A stretch of DNA of 63,310 nt, the filler included. It is 6 parts of 6 records of this genome, joined end to end, with 100 filler letters (N's around TTAATTAATTAA, not from the genome) between each part and the next. Parts side by side here need not be neighbours in the genome. Positions count along the whole stretch, not along the records: positions 18,665 to 32,911 come from SRR31156797_7480; positions 33,012 to 46,904 come from SRR31156797_7485; 4 more parts are not named here. One strand, given 5' to 3'. The notes beneath the pieces are model-generated. The model was not told where the DNA came from. It worked only from the letters and a program-made list of their open reading frames with translations, and did not search any database. Shown here one piece after another: positions 29,774 through 38,436 of this stretch; the first letter of the stretch is position 1; each line of letters begins with the position of its first letter. The translations under genes and the position numbers were made by a program.

Positions 29774-30572
29774 TCCGTTGCTGAAAATCCAGCATGTGGA
29801 TAAATATTTTGAAAAACGAGGGCAAACAGTACATATCCTCAAGGATATTAACTTCAACATGTACCGTGGAGAATGTGTGGGAATGGTTGGAGCAAGCGGT
29901 TCAGGCAAGTCAACACTGGCAAGATTGCTGTGCCTTATCCACCACCAGGAAAACGGGGAAATCCTTTTTCAAAATGAAGATATTTTTACAATCAACCGCA
30001 AGGAATACTACAAGCAGGTACAGATGATTTTTCAGGATCCTCTGGCTAGTTTTCCTCCCAGGATGAAGGTAGAACAATACTTACTTGAGCCGTTTCGTAA
30101 CTTTAACATGTTGGATGGAGTAAAGCCAAAGGAACTCGTTACAGCACTGCTTGAGCGTGTAAATCTTTCAACAAATGTTCTATCCCGCTACCCAAATCAA
30201 CTTTCAGGCGGTCAATTACAGCGAATTGTTTTTACCAGGGCCACTGGACTAGATCCATCTCTAGTGATATGTGATGAATCCACCTCAGCATTGGACGCTA
30301 CCATCCAATCACAAATCATAGATATGTTTAAGCAACTGCAGAAAAAAATCGGCTTTGCCAGCCTGTTCATCACCCATGACCTCGCACTGGCTGAATCTAT
30401 TTGTGACACTATTTATGTCATGGATGATGGTGCCATCGTTGAAACGCTGACCAGTAATAATATTACAAAGGAAGCGCAACATCACACAACGATGAACCTT
30501 ATTAAGGCTAGTTGTGCCTTATCAAAAGCAACAACACGGCCCCCTGTATTTTCTAATACGTTTTACAATTAA
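29757..30572 (+). CDS. ABC ATP-binding subunit (NikE/DppF-like)
   Basis: GASGSGKS, LSGGQLQR, CDEST. Confidence 0.95.
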   Translation: MNTTHDPLLKIQHVDKYFEKRGQTVHILKDINFNMYRGECVGMVGASGSGKSTLARLLCLIHHQENGEILFQNEDIFTINRKEYYKQVQMIFQDPLASFPPRMKVEQYLLEPFRNFNMLDGVKPKELVTALLERVNLSTNVLSRYPNQLSGGQLQRIVFTRATGLDPSLVICDESTSALDATIQSQIIDMFKQLQKKIGFASLFITHDLALAESICDTIYVMDDGAIVETLTSNNITKEAQHHTTMNLIKASCALSKATTRPPVFSNTFYN

Positions 30573-30818
30573 ACATATCCATTATTTACATGTAGCAGTT
30601 CTACGACGGTAGTTCTATTAACAAAGCACTCGAACACTAGTAGGCAGGAGAGCGACAACGCTTAACAAAACCAGTCCATTTGACAGAGGATGCATTCTTA
30701 CACAGCTAGACTAGTTTCCATTCGGCTAAACCTAAAAAAGCGTTTGCCGAATAAAAACAGTTACAGTGTCGCCCCCATAACCACCCTGTGATTTACCCAA
30801 CAACCGTCTTACATTCCA

Positions 30819-31988
30819 TCAATGGCCACAGCTGCAATCGTGATGATGGTCGTGGTGATGATGCTTGTGGGTGTGCTCTTGCGCTGTTCCAAATAATCGG
30901 TGGTAGATTCCAACTAACCAGGGCCACACAATGAGCAGCACCAGGACCACAGCTGAAACCGTGTACAACAGACCATGGGTTGAATGCTCACCACCTGCCA
31001 CCCAACCAGCAATGTTCAATCCAAGGTGAATATAAATCCAGTTAACAAACAGACCCAATGCAAGCGAGCACAACATGATGCTGCCTACATAGATGAACGC
31101 TACCTTCCGGCCAAGTAATTTGGCAACCACCGTAATGGTGGCTATATTAGTCGCAGGCCCGGCCAGCAGAAAAACCAGGGCTGCCCCTGGGGAAAGACCC
31201 TTAAGAGCCAGAGCTGCAGCAATAGGAGTGGAAGCGGTGGCACAAACATAGAGAGGGGTGGCTAAAGCCATCATAATCAACATGGAGAGAAAGCCGTCGC
31301 CCAGGTAAGTGGCAATGAATTCCGGAGAGAGGGTCACCGTTATAATGCTGGCAAGACCTATACCGAACAACAGCCAGGGACCAATATCACCGAGTAGGCT
31401 CCCAAAAGCAAAGGACATTCCCTTACGAAACTTGTGCCACGCAACAAATATCGCTCCTGATTCTTGGCCACCCTGCTCCCCACACCCACAATTCTCAGAG
31501 CTGCACGACGCTGCAGGAATCGATATAGCGGGGTCTGTTGATTCCTGGGGTTTCACCACAGTATCTCTATCAAGAAGGTGGACCAGCAGACCGGTGCATG
31601 TGGCTGTAAGAAATGCAGCTGCCGGTCGGACCACGGTCATGATCGGATCCAGCAAGGCGTAGGTGACCGCCATTGAATCCACTCCTGTCTCCGGGGTTGA
31701 AATCATAAAAGAAGTGACCGCCCCCTTTCCCGCCCCTTGCTTTCGCAGACCAGCTGCTGCAGGAATGACCCCGCAACTGCAAAGGGGGATGGGAATACCG
31801 AACAATGACGCCTTGAGGATGCCGCTCTTTCGATTGCCTCCCAGATGTCTCTGGATAAAATCATCGGGGATAAAGCCCTTAAGCAGTCCAGCCACAAAAA
31901 AACCAAACAGCACAAACAAAGATGACTCCAGCAATATTTCCCAGACTGCTGCCAATAGTTCAAATACTACCCCATTTATATTTTCCAT
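30819..31988 (-). CDS. SO_0444/ArsP-type heavy-metal permease with His/Cys-rich tail
   Basis: PLCSCGVIP, STPETGVDS, LYVCATASTP, GPATN; CSSENCGC loop; C-terminal HTHKHHHHDHHHDCSCGH. Confidence 0.9.
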   Translation of the reverse strand: MENINGVVFELLAAVWEILLESSLFVLFGFFVAGLLKGFIPDDFIQRHLGGNRKSGILKASLFGIPIPLCSCGVIPAAAGLRKQGAGKGAVTSFMISTPETGVDSMAVTYALLDPIMTVVRPAAAFLTATCTGLLVHLLDRDTVVKPQESTDPAISIPAASCSSENCGCGEQGGQESGAIFVAWHKFRKGMSFAFGSLLGDIGPWLLFGIGLASIITVTLSPEFIATYLGDGFLSMLIMMALATPLYVCATASTPIAAALALKGLSPGAALVFLLAGPATNIATITVVAKLLGRKVAFIYVGSIMLCSLALGLFVNWIYIHLGLNIAGWVAGGEHSTHGLLYTVSAVVLVLLIVWPWLVGIYHRLFGTAQEHTHKHHHHDHHHDCSCGH

Positions 31989-32123
31989 TACGTATTTCCT
32001 TTATTAAATTTCACACCTACCTTCCGGCTATGGGTAGGGAAAGGGGGTTTGACATACAGCAATCGAACTCGAAAGAGCCAGTAGTTGTCATTCACATGGC
32101 TGGCCGAACTTGTCCATCCTGTG

Positions 32124-32472
32124 CTAGTCACAGTCGCCACGAATATGCTCCAAACCGTCCCTTAACAACTCCCTTACATGGTCATCATCTAAGGAGTAGT
32201 AGATATGTTTTCCTTCTTTTCTCGATTTAACGATCTTTGCAAGCCCTCAGCACGCGCAACTGATGAGAAACTGCCGATTGGTTCATGGCTAAAATTTCAA
32301 CCAAATCGCAAACACATAATTCCTTGTGATAAAGGGTTGAAAGAATTTTGATTCGACTAAGCTCACCAAAAACCTTAAAAAAATTGGCTAGTTCCTGCAT
32401 TTCTCCCTCTAGAGGTAACTTCCGGGTTACCTCTTCCAAGGGAGCCTGCTTGTCACAAACTGCATCATCCAT
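32124..32472 (-). pseudogene. ArsR/SmtB (CadC/CzrA-like) metalloregulator with a +1 frameshift
   Basis: ELCVCDL..SAVSHQLRVLRA continues in another frame as AKIVKSRKEGKHIYYSLDDDHVRELLRDGLEHIRGDCD*; one extra base at about 32241. Confidence 0.85.
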
Positions 32473-32488
32473 AACAGCTCCTTGTGTT

Positions 32489-32514
32489 AACATATGCGCA
32501 CACATTCATACGTT
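32489..32514. promoter_or_regulatory. SmtB/ArsR-type 12-2-12 operator
   Basis: AACATATGCGCA-CA-CATTCATACGTT imperfect inverted repeat just upstream of the regulator RBS. Confidence 0.65.
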
Positions 32515-32911
32515 ATTGACAAAATAATCACCACCCTTTTTTTCGACAAGGGTCAATCATTACTCTGCATAATCAAGAAAACTACTTTCAATGGCAATAC
32601 TGGAAAACGGGTAGGCCCCCTTACGGCAGTTAATCTTGGGAAGTCTTTCCATCAATCTGTAACTGTTCAACCGTGCTCCAATGCGTACAAACAACGGGCT
32701 GGAGAACCATAGTCATGCTATAGTTTTTCAGCCTGCTTGTACACATCTAGCGCACTGCTGAAAAGTTACTGGTAGAGGTTAAAGCAGATTATTTGTTATT
32801 GGCTGAATAGTTACAAAAATACTACACTAAGGACCGTAAAGACTGCTAATGAAACTCAAGCGTTTATCAGAAATTATCGTTGAATTTTACGAAAAACTCT
32901 CCTCCTGGGAA

Positions 32912-33011
32912 NNNNNNNNNNNNNNNNNNNNNNNNNNNNNNNNNNNNNNNNNNNNTTAATTAATTAANNNNNNNNNNNNNNNNNNNNNNNNNNNNNNNNN
33001 NNNNNNNNNNN
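32912..33011. other. Artificial contig spacer
   Basis: N-run containing TTAATTAATTAA. Confidence 0.99.
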
Positions 33012-33038
33012 GACAAAGAGATTGGAAAAAATAACCAT

Positions 33039-33689
33039 TTAGGGATGGACGCGAACTAACTGCTGGCACAACCTGACCCCGCTCATGGCGTCCGGCGCCC
33101 AATTGTCCGCTTCCATGTATTTACACACGCCTTCATCTATAAGTCCGCCCCCTATTATTATAACGGGCGCCTTCATATCCTCGGGCAGTTCTTTTTTCAA
33201 CAACTGCACTGTGTCCTTCATGGAATCATATACACTGGTCAACAAGGCCGACAAAGCCACTATATCGGGCTTTGATTCTTTCACCGCCTCTAGAAACTGA
33301 AGGGGAGGGACGTCCACTCCCAGGTTTACGACTTCAAACCCGTAACAGCCAAGAAGAATGCCGAACAAATCCTTGCCGATGTCGTGTATGTCCCCCTGAA
33401 CGGTTCCCAGAACGATCTTGCCGGTGGTCTGGCCGGAATGAATTTCTTTCAGCAGGGGCGACGCCATTTCCACGACTTCCCTCAGTATCTCGCCGGCCAT
33501 TATCAAGCCGGCCACAAAGTAATGCTTTTGCTCGTACAGCCTGCCGACTTCGTCCATGCCTTCCTGGCAATCGGCCAGAATTTGCATGGGATCGGCATTA
33601 TTTTCAAGGCGTTGTTTCACCAGTTCCAAAACCTGGCTTTCCTTTAATTCGGACACGAGGTCCTTTAACGATTCTTTATTATCTGTCAT
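33039..33689 (-). CDS. Corrinoid (B12-binding) protein, MtaC/MtbC-like
   Basis: Cap domain (GMDEVGRLYE..YFVAGLIMAGE) and GDIHDIGK (DxHxxG), LSALLT, IIGGG. Confidence 0.93.
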   Translation of the reverse strand: MTDNKESLKDLVSELKESQVLELVKQRLENNADPMQILADCQEGMDEVGRLYEQKHYFVAGLIMAGEILREVVEMASPLLKEIHSGQTTGKIVLGTVQGDIHDIGKDLFGILLGCYGFEVVNLGVDVPPLQFLEAVKESKPDIVALSALLTSVYDSMKDTVQLLKKELPEDMKAPVIIIGGGLIDEGVCKYMEADNWAPDAMSGVRLCQQLVRVHP

Positions 33690-33717
33690 CTGTTCTCCCT
33701 GCCTTGCCGGAAAAGGC

Positions 33718-34488
33718 CTAGTCCCATATGCCGACCGTAGTGGAAAATCCGATCAAATCGCCGTTGCAGGTGAATCTGCCCCAACTCACCGGCTTGTCGT
33801 CAAAATCATAAAATATGTGCTCAAGACGAAAGGCGGGGCTGTCCTTTGGAGCGTCGAATAATGAGGCCTCCGTTTCATCAAGTACGGCTGCGTGAATGGA
33901 AAGCTTTCCCTTTTTAAGGCTGCTCTGGCTGCCGCCGGTAAAAAGTCCTTCCAGGGCCGTTATTTCCATTTCCGCTTCAACTATGGGGCGGGTAGGGTCG
34001 CAAACGAGGTATTCCTGGTGATAGATCACCGGGTCCCTGTCTCTATATATCAGCCTTCTGATGTAAATTACCCGTTCCCCGACTTCTATGTCCAGTTTCT
34101 CCGCCGATGCCGGATCGGACAACCGGGTGTTCACCTCGAGAAGCCGCACACTGGTTCTTTCCTTGTCTTTAAAAAGATCGACAATCTCCTGCAGTGGAAA
34201 AGAAACCGATCCCAGGTTGATGGGTTTTACAAATGTGCCCTTGCCCTGGGCCGTGTTGACAATATCGCTGTCTATCAGGACATTTATCGCCCTGCGTACG
34301 GTCATATGGCTGACGTCGTAATCCCGACACAATTGCGCTTCCGAAGGAAGCTTGCTTCCGGGCGGAAAATGACCGTCTGCGATCTGCTTCCTGATCAGGT
34401 TGACCAATTGTATATAAGCGGGCTCGTATGAATTCCGGTCGATGGACCCTTTAGAAGCTTGGTTCTGGTTATCTTTTGATTTGACCAT
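33718..34488 (-). CDS. GntR-family (HutC/UTRA) transcriptional regulator
   Basis: LPSEAQLCRDYDVSHMTVRRA..QGKGTFV plus UTRA-like C-terminal domain. Confidence 0.93.
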   Translation of the reverse strand: MVKSKDNQNQASKGSIDRNSYEPAYIQLVNLIRKQIADGHFPPGSKLPSEAQLCRDYDVSHMTVRRAINVLIDSDIVNTAQGKGTFVKPINLGSVSFPLQEIVDLFKDKERTSVRLLEVNTRLSDPASAEKLDIEVGERVIYIRRLIYRDRDPVIYHQEYLVCDPTRPIVEAEMEITALEGLFTGGSQSSLKKGKLSIHAAVLDETEASLFDAPKDSPAFRLEHIFYDFDDKPVSWGRFTCNGDLIGFSTTVGIWD

Positions 34489-34504
34489 AGTGACTTATCT
34501 ATAC

Positions 34505-34522
34505 TACATGCAATTGCATATG
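34505..34522. promoter_or_regulatory. Candidate operator palindrome in the divergent promoter region
   Basis: Perfect ATGCAATTGCAT at 34508-34519; TACATGCA recurs at 34601-34608, near a TTGACA at 34575. Confidence 0.45.
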
Positions 34523-34627
34523 TCCATAAAAATATAGAGAAAATTAAAATTTTAATGATATGTAAAAATAGATGTTGACAACTTCCCTATATAACTATAT
34601 TACATGCATAATGACTTGGAGGAAAAT

Positions 34628-35218
34628 ATGAAGCTCATCGCCGTAACCGGATTCCTCGGCTCCGGGAAAACAACCTTCATGATAAAACTAGCTCAAGCCG
34701 CCATGGACGACGGCCTGAAACCGGCCATTCTGGTTAATGAAATCGGAGACATCGGCATCGACGACCAGTTCATGAAACATATCAATATGAATGTCTGGGA
34801 AATTCTCGGCGGTTGCATTTGCTGCACCCTGGCGGCCAGCCTGCCCGAAACCCTTCTTGATATTGAAAAAAACTATAAACCAGACCTCGTTCTTCTGGAG
34901 CCTTCAGGCGCGGCCGAACCCGGGAAAATGCTCGACGTTCTGGACGGATATCACGGAATAACAAAGCTGATCAGAAAAAATATTCTGCTTCTGGACGCCA
35001 TGCGCTTCCCCATGCTCGCGGCCGTGCTCACTCCCCTTATCACCGCACAAGTGGAATACGCCGATATCATCGCCGTGAACAAGGTGGATGCGGCCGAGCC
35101 TGAAGATATAGAAGGCGCGCTGGACTTTATCCGCACAAACAGGCCTGAAATAAAACCGGTTGAGTGTTCCGCCCGCCAGGGCCTCAATCCGGACCTCATC
35201 AGGGAGATAATGTCGTGA
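34628..35218 (+). CDS. COG0523/CobW-type G3E GTPase (GTPase domain only)
   Basis: GFLGSGKTT, NEIG, GGCICC, EPSG, NKVD. Confidence 0.9.
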   Translation: MKLIAVTGFLGSGKTTFMIKLAQAAMDDGLKPAILVNEIGDIGIDDQFMKHINMNVWEILGGCICCTLAASLPETLLDIEKNYKPDLVLLEPSGAAEPGKMLDVLDGYHGITKLIRKNILLLDAMRFPMLAAVLTPLITAQVEYADIIAVNKVDAAEPEDIEGALDFIRTNRPEIKPVECSARQGLNPDLIREIMS

Positions 35219-35628
35219 TTGATATGATTCTGGAACCTTGCACGGTCAGAATTAACTGGCGGGCCGCAAAAGAATGCAGTCCGGATCAGTGGACCGGTCT
35301 TATAGAAAGCTTTTTCACAATTCTTGGCCAAAAGTGCGAAAAAGAAGGGAATTGCCTCATTGGCCACATAAAGGGCCTGGCCCTGTTCGAAGCAGACAAC
35401 TACTTAAAGGTCAGCTTGACCAGTTCAAAGTATCCTCCCGAAATACAGGGTAAATTTGCAGAGTTGAAAAGCTCGGTCGAAATGACCGTCAATATAATCG
35501 TTTACGGCTTGGAAAGAGAAGCGCTCGAAAAGGCCGCCCGTGAATCCCTGGATGAAGCCGACCGGAAGAACCTCTTTTCAGTCGAAATGATTCCGGTTTC
35601 CAAGGCCGAACATGACCATAAGCATTGA
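35215..35628 (+). CDS. Small hypothetical protein with GHIK motif and His-rich tail (partner of the GTPase)
   Basis: GTG start overlapping the GTPase stop (GTGA); CEKEGNCLIGHIKG, NIIVYG, terminal EHDHKH. Confidence 0.7.
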   Translation: MIDMILEPCTVRINWRAAKECSPDQWTGLIESFFTILGQKCEKEGNCLIGHIKGLALFEADNYLKVSLTSSKYPPEIQGKFAELKSSVEMTVNIIVYGLEREALEKAARESLDEADRKNLFSVEMIPVSKAEHDHKH

Positions 35629-35721
35629 TTAGTAATTATTAATTTTCGTGGAGAAATAGCTTTAGCCCGGGGCAAGGCGGTTGCCGGGGCGAAAATATTA
35701 AAATGAGAGGAGATTTATTTT

Positions 35722-36345
35722 ATGGAGCAAATTATCAACAATATGGCCGACCTCAAGGAAAATGAAGTCCTTGACCAGCTGAAACAGGAGATTGATAAAG
35801 GAACCGACGCTCTGGCCCTTTTAAACGCCTGCAAGGAAGGAATGGTTCTGGTGGGCAAAAGGTATGAAGAAGGTACGTATTTTATATCGGATTTGATGAT
35901 GGCCGGTGAAATATTTAAAATGGCCGGTGAAATTCTCGCCCCCAAACTCGGCGACAGCACGGGAGACGGCGCCGGAAAAGTTGTTATGGGCACGGTCGCC
36001 GGAGACATTCATGATATCGGCAAGGATTTGGTCGTGGGCCTGCTCAGGGCCGCCAATTTTGAAGTCACCGACCTGGGCGTTGACGTGCCGACTCCTAAAT
36101 TCATTGAAGCTGTAAAAAGTGAGCAACCTGGCGTGCTGGCCCTTTCGGGTCTTTTAACTGTCGCCTTCGATTCCATGAAAGACGTTGTAGCGGCCATGGA
36201 AGCCGAAGGGCTCAGAGACAACGTAAAAATAATGATCGGCGGCGGGCCGGTCGACGAAACCGTATGCAGGTATACCGGAGCCGACGCCTGGGGCGCGGAC
36301 GCACAGGCAGCCGTAAACTTATGCAACGAATGGATGGTGGGATAA
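35722..36345 (+). CDS. Corrinoid methyl-carrier protein
   Basis: YFISDLMMAGE, GDIHDIGK, LSGLLT, MIGGGP, GADAW; AGGAG RBS. Confidence 0.95.
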   Translation: MEQIINNMADLKENEVLDQLKQEIDKGTDALALLNACKEGMVLVGKRYEEGTYFISDLMMAGEIFKMAGEILAPKLGDSTGDGAGKVVMGTVAGDIHDIGKDLVVGLLRAANFEVTDLGVDVPTPKFIEAVKSEQPGVLALSGLLTVAFDSMKDVVAAMEAEGLRDNVKIMIGGGPVDETVCRYTGADAWGADAQAAVNLCNEWMVG

Positions 36346-36347
36346 AA

Positions 36348-37481
36348 ATGGATAAAAGAGATTTGTGGCTTGAGCGCGAGGAACTGGTCAACAAGGCGAT
36401 CGCCTGTGAAGATGTACCCCGAATCCCGGTTATTTACATGGGAATTGCCGCATCGCCCGCCATTATGGGCATGAGCATGGCCGAATTTGTTAAAGATGGA
36501 AATGCGGCACTGAATGTAACCCTCGACTATATGGATCGACTTGAGAATGTTGACGGCGTCAACTCGCATCCTTCAATCCGCATCAATGTGGCGCTGACAA
36601 ATCTTTGGCTGACCAGAATAGAAATGCCCGGAAGGGAGTTGCCCGAAAATTCCATTTGGCAGGCCGCGGAAAAGGAAGTAATGAAGGTCGAGGATTACGA
36701 TCTCATCATAAATGAGGGTTTTGAAGCGCTCCAGGCCAAATTGCTGCCCCAGGTTATCGACATGGAAGAAGTCAATGAATGTGTGACCTTCTTTATGGAA
36801 AACCTCCATAAACATATCGATGCTTTTCATGACCGCGGGTACGTAATGTTAAACGGCGGCACAACCACTATTCCTTTTGAGACCATTTGCGGCGCCCGGT
36901 CCATGAGCCAGTTTTTCATGGATCTGTACCGCCGTCCCGAGCTGGTTAAAAAGGCCCTTGATGTTATAACGCCAAGTATGATCGCTCAAGCTGAAATGTC
37001 TTGTCAGATGTCCGGAATCAATCGCGTCTGGGTCGGCGGGTGGAGATCGGCCAGCGCCATGCTGGCCCCAAAAATCTGGAACGAATTTGTTTTTCCATAC
37101 TTTCATGAAATATGCTGGGCCCTGGTTGAAAAAGGCATTACTCCCATTTTGCACTGGGACCAGGATTGGACCCGCGACCTGGACCGACTGCATGAATTGC
37201 CTGCGCAAAAATGCATCCTCAACCCGGACGGCATGACCGATTTACGCAAGTTTAAAGAAGTCGTCGGAGACCATATGTCCATTCTGGGAGACGTTCCCGC
37301 CTCCATCCTGGCCACGGGGACGCCCGACGATGTTTACAATTACGTTCGGGATTTGATCCGTGATTGCGGACCCAAAGGGCTGATGATCTGCCCGGGCTGC
37401 GACGCGCCCATTAATTCCAAACACGAAAATATGAAAGCCATGGTCGACGCGACCGTGGAATTCGGCTCCGGACACGTTTAA
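36348..37481 (+). CDS. UROD/MtaA-CmuA superfamily methyltransferase
   Basis: RIPVI N-terminus, PFETICGARSM..FFMDLYRRPE, LHWDQD, GDVP..L.GTPDDV, CPGCD. Confidence 0.85.
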   Translation: MDKRDLWLEREELVNKAIACEDVPRIPVIYMGIAASPAIMGMSMAEFVKDGNAALNVTLDYMDRLENVDGVNSHPSIRINVALTNLWLTRIEMPGRELPENSIWQAAEKEVMKVEDYDLIINEGFEALQAKLLPQVIDMEEVNECVTFFMENLHKHIDAFHDRGYVMLNGGTTTIPFETICGARSMSQFFMDLYRRPELVKKALDVITPSMIAQAEMSCQMSGINRVWVGGWRSASAMLAPKIWNEFVFPYFHEICWALVEKGITPILHWDQDWTRDLDRLHELPAQKCILNPDGMTDLRKFKEVVGDHMSILGDVPASILATGTPDDVYNYVRDLIRDCGPKGLMICPGCDAPINSKHENMKAMVDATVEFGSGHV

Positions 37482-37511
37482 AAAAGGGCCGTTTTCATTG
37501 GAGTCGAAAAA

Positions 37512-38306
37512 ATGATTATCATTGGAGAAAAAATCAACGGCACGCGCAAGGCTGTCGGCCGTGCCGTGACTGAAAAAGACGCCGAATTTATAAAAGAACT
37601 GGCCCGCAAACAGGTCGAGGCCGGCGCTTCGTATCTTGACGTCAATGCCGGAACCCGTCCGGATGTAGAAGCTAAAGACCTTGTCTGGCTGGTGAAAACC
37701 GTGCAGGAAGTAACCGACATTCCGCTATGCCTGGACAGCCCTAATCCGGACGCCCTGGTCGCGGCCATGGCCGAGGTGAACAAAACGCCCATGATCAATT
37801 CAATCAGCGGCGAGCCCGATCGCCTTGAAGGGATTCTTCCCCTGGCCGCCAAGAGCGATTGCCCGGTTATCGCCCTGGCTTTGGACGAAAACGGAATCCC
37901 CAAGGATGTTGAAGGCCGCCTGGCAGTTGTTGGGAAGGTCATTGAAAAAACAAGGGCGGCGGGGATTGAAGACAGCAGGCTTTACGTCGATCCCCTGGTG
38001 ATGACCATCGCCACCGACCAGCAGGCCGGTAACACCCTGTTTGAAACCATCCGGAGCCTGAAAGCTAAGTACCCGGATATTCATTTTACGGCCGGCCTCA
38101 GCAATATTTCCTTCGGCCTGCCCGGTCGAACCTTTATCAACCAGGCCTTCCTGACCCTGGCTGTCGACGCCGGGCTCGATTCGGCCATCCTGGACCCCAT
38201 GGACCGCCCTTTAATGACAGCTATATTGGCCGCCGAAGTCGTCCTGGGCCGGGATAGACATTGCATGAACTACAACCGGGCTTACAGGGCCGGAAAAATC
38301 GGCTGA
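37512..38306 (+). CDS. Methyltetrahydrofolate:corrinoid methyltransferase (AcsE/MeTr-like pterin-binding)
   Basis: IIGEKINGTRK, LDVNAG, LDSPN, INSIS, DPLV, GLSNISFGLP, AILDP. Confidence 0.93.
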   Translation: MIIIGEKINGTRKAVGRAVTEKDAEFIKELARKQVEAGASYLDVNAGTRPDVEAKDLVWLVKTVQEVTDIPLCLDSPNPDALVAAMAEVNKTPMINSISGEPDRLEGILPLAAKSDCPVIALALDENGIPKDVEGRLAVVGKVIEKTRAAGIEDSRLYVDPLVMTIATDQQAGNTLFETIRSLKAKYPDIHFTAGLSNISFGLPGRTFINQAFLTLAVDAGLDSAILDPMDRPLMTAILAAEVVLGRDRHCMNYNRAYRAGKIG

Positions 38307-38361
38307 TTCATAAATTAAATCACCGGCTCTGCCAGTGGTTCAAACATACGGCCAAATTAAA

Positions 38362-38388
38362 GGGCGCCCCCCTGTGGGCGCCCGAAAA
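38362..38388. terminator. Probable terminator hairpin
   Basis: GGGCGCCC-ccctgt-GGGCGCCC between convergent genes. Confidence 0.6.
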
Positions 38389-38436
38389 TATTGGCGATCA
38401 AACTATATTATCCTTTCAGTCCCCTTGAAGACAAAT

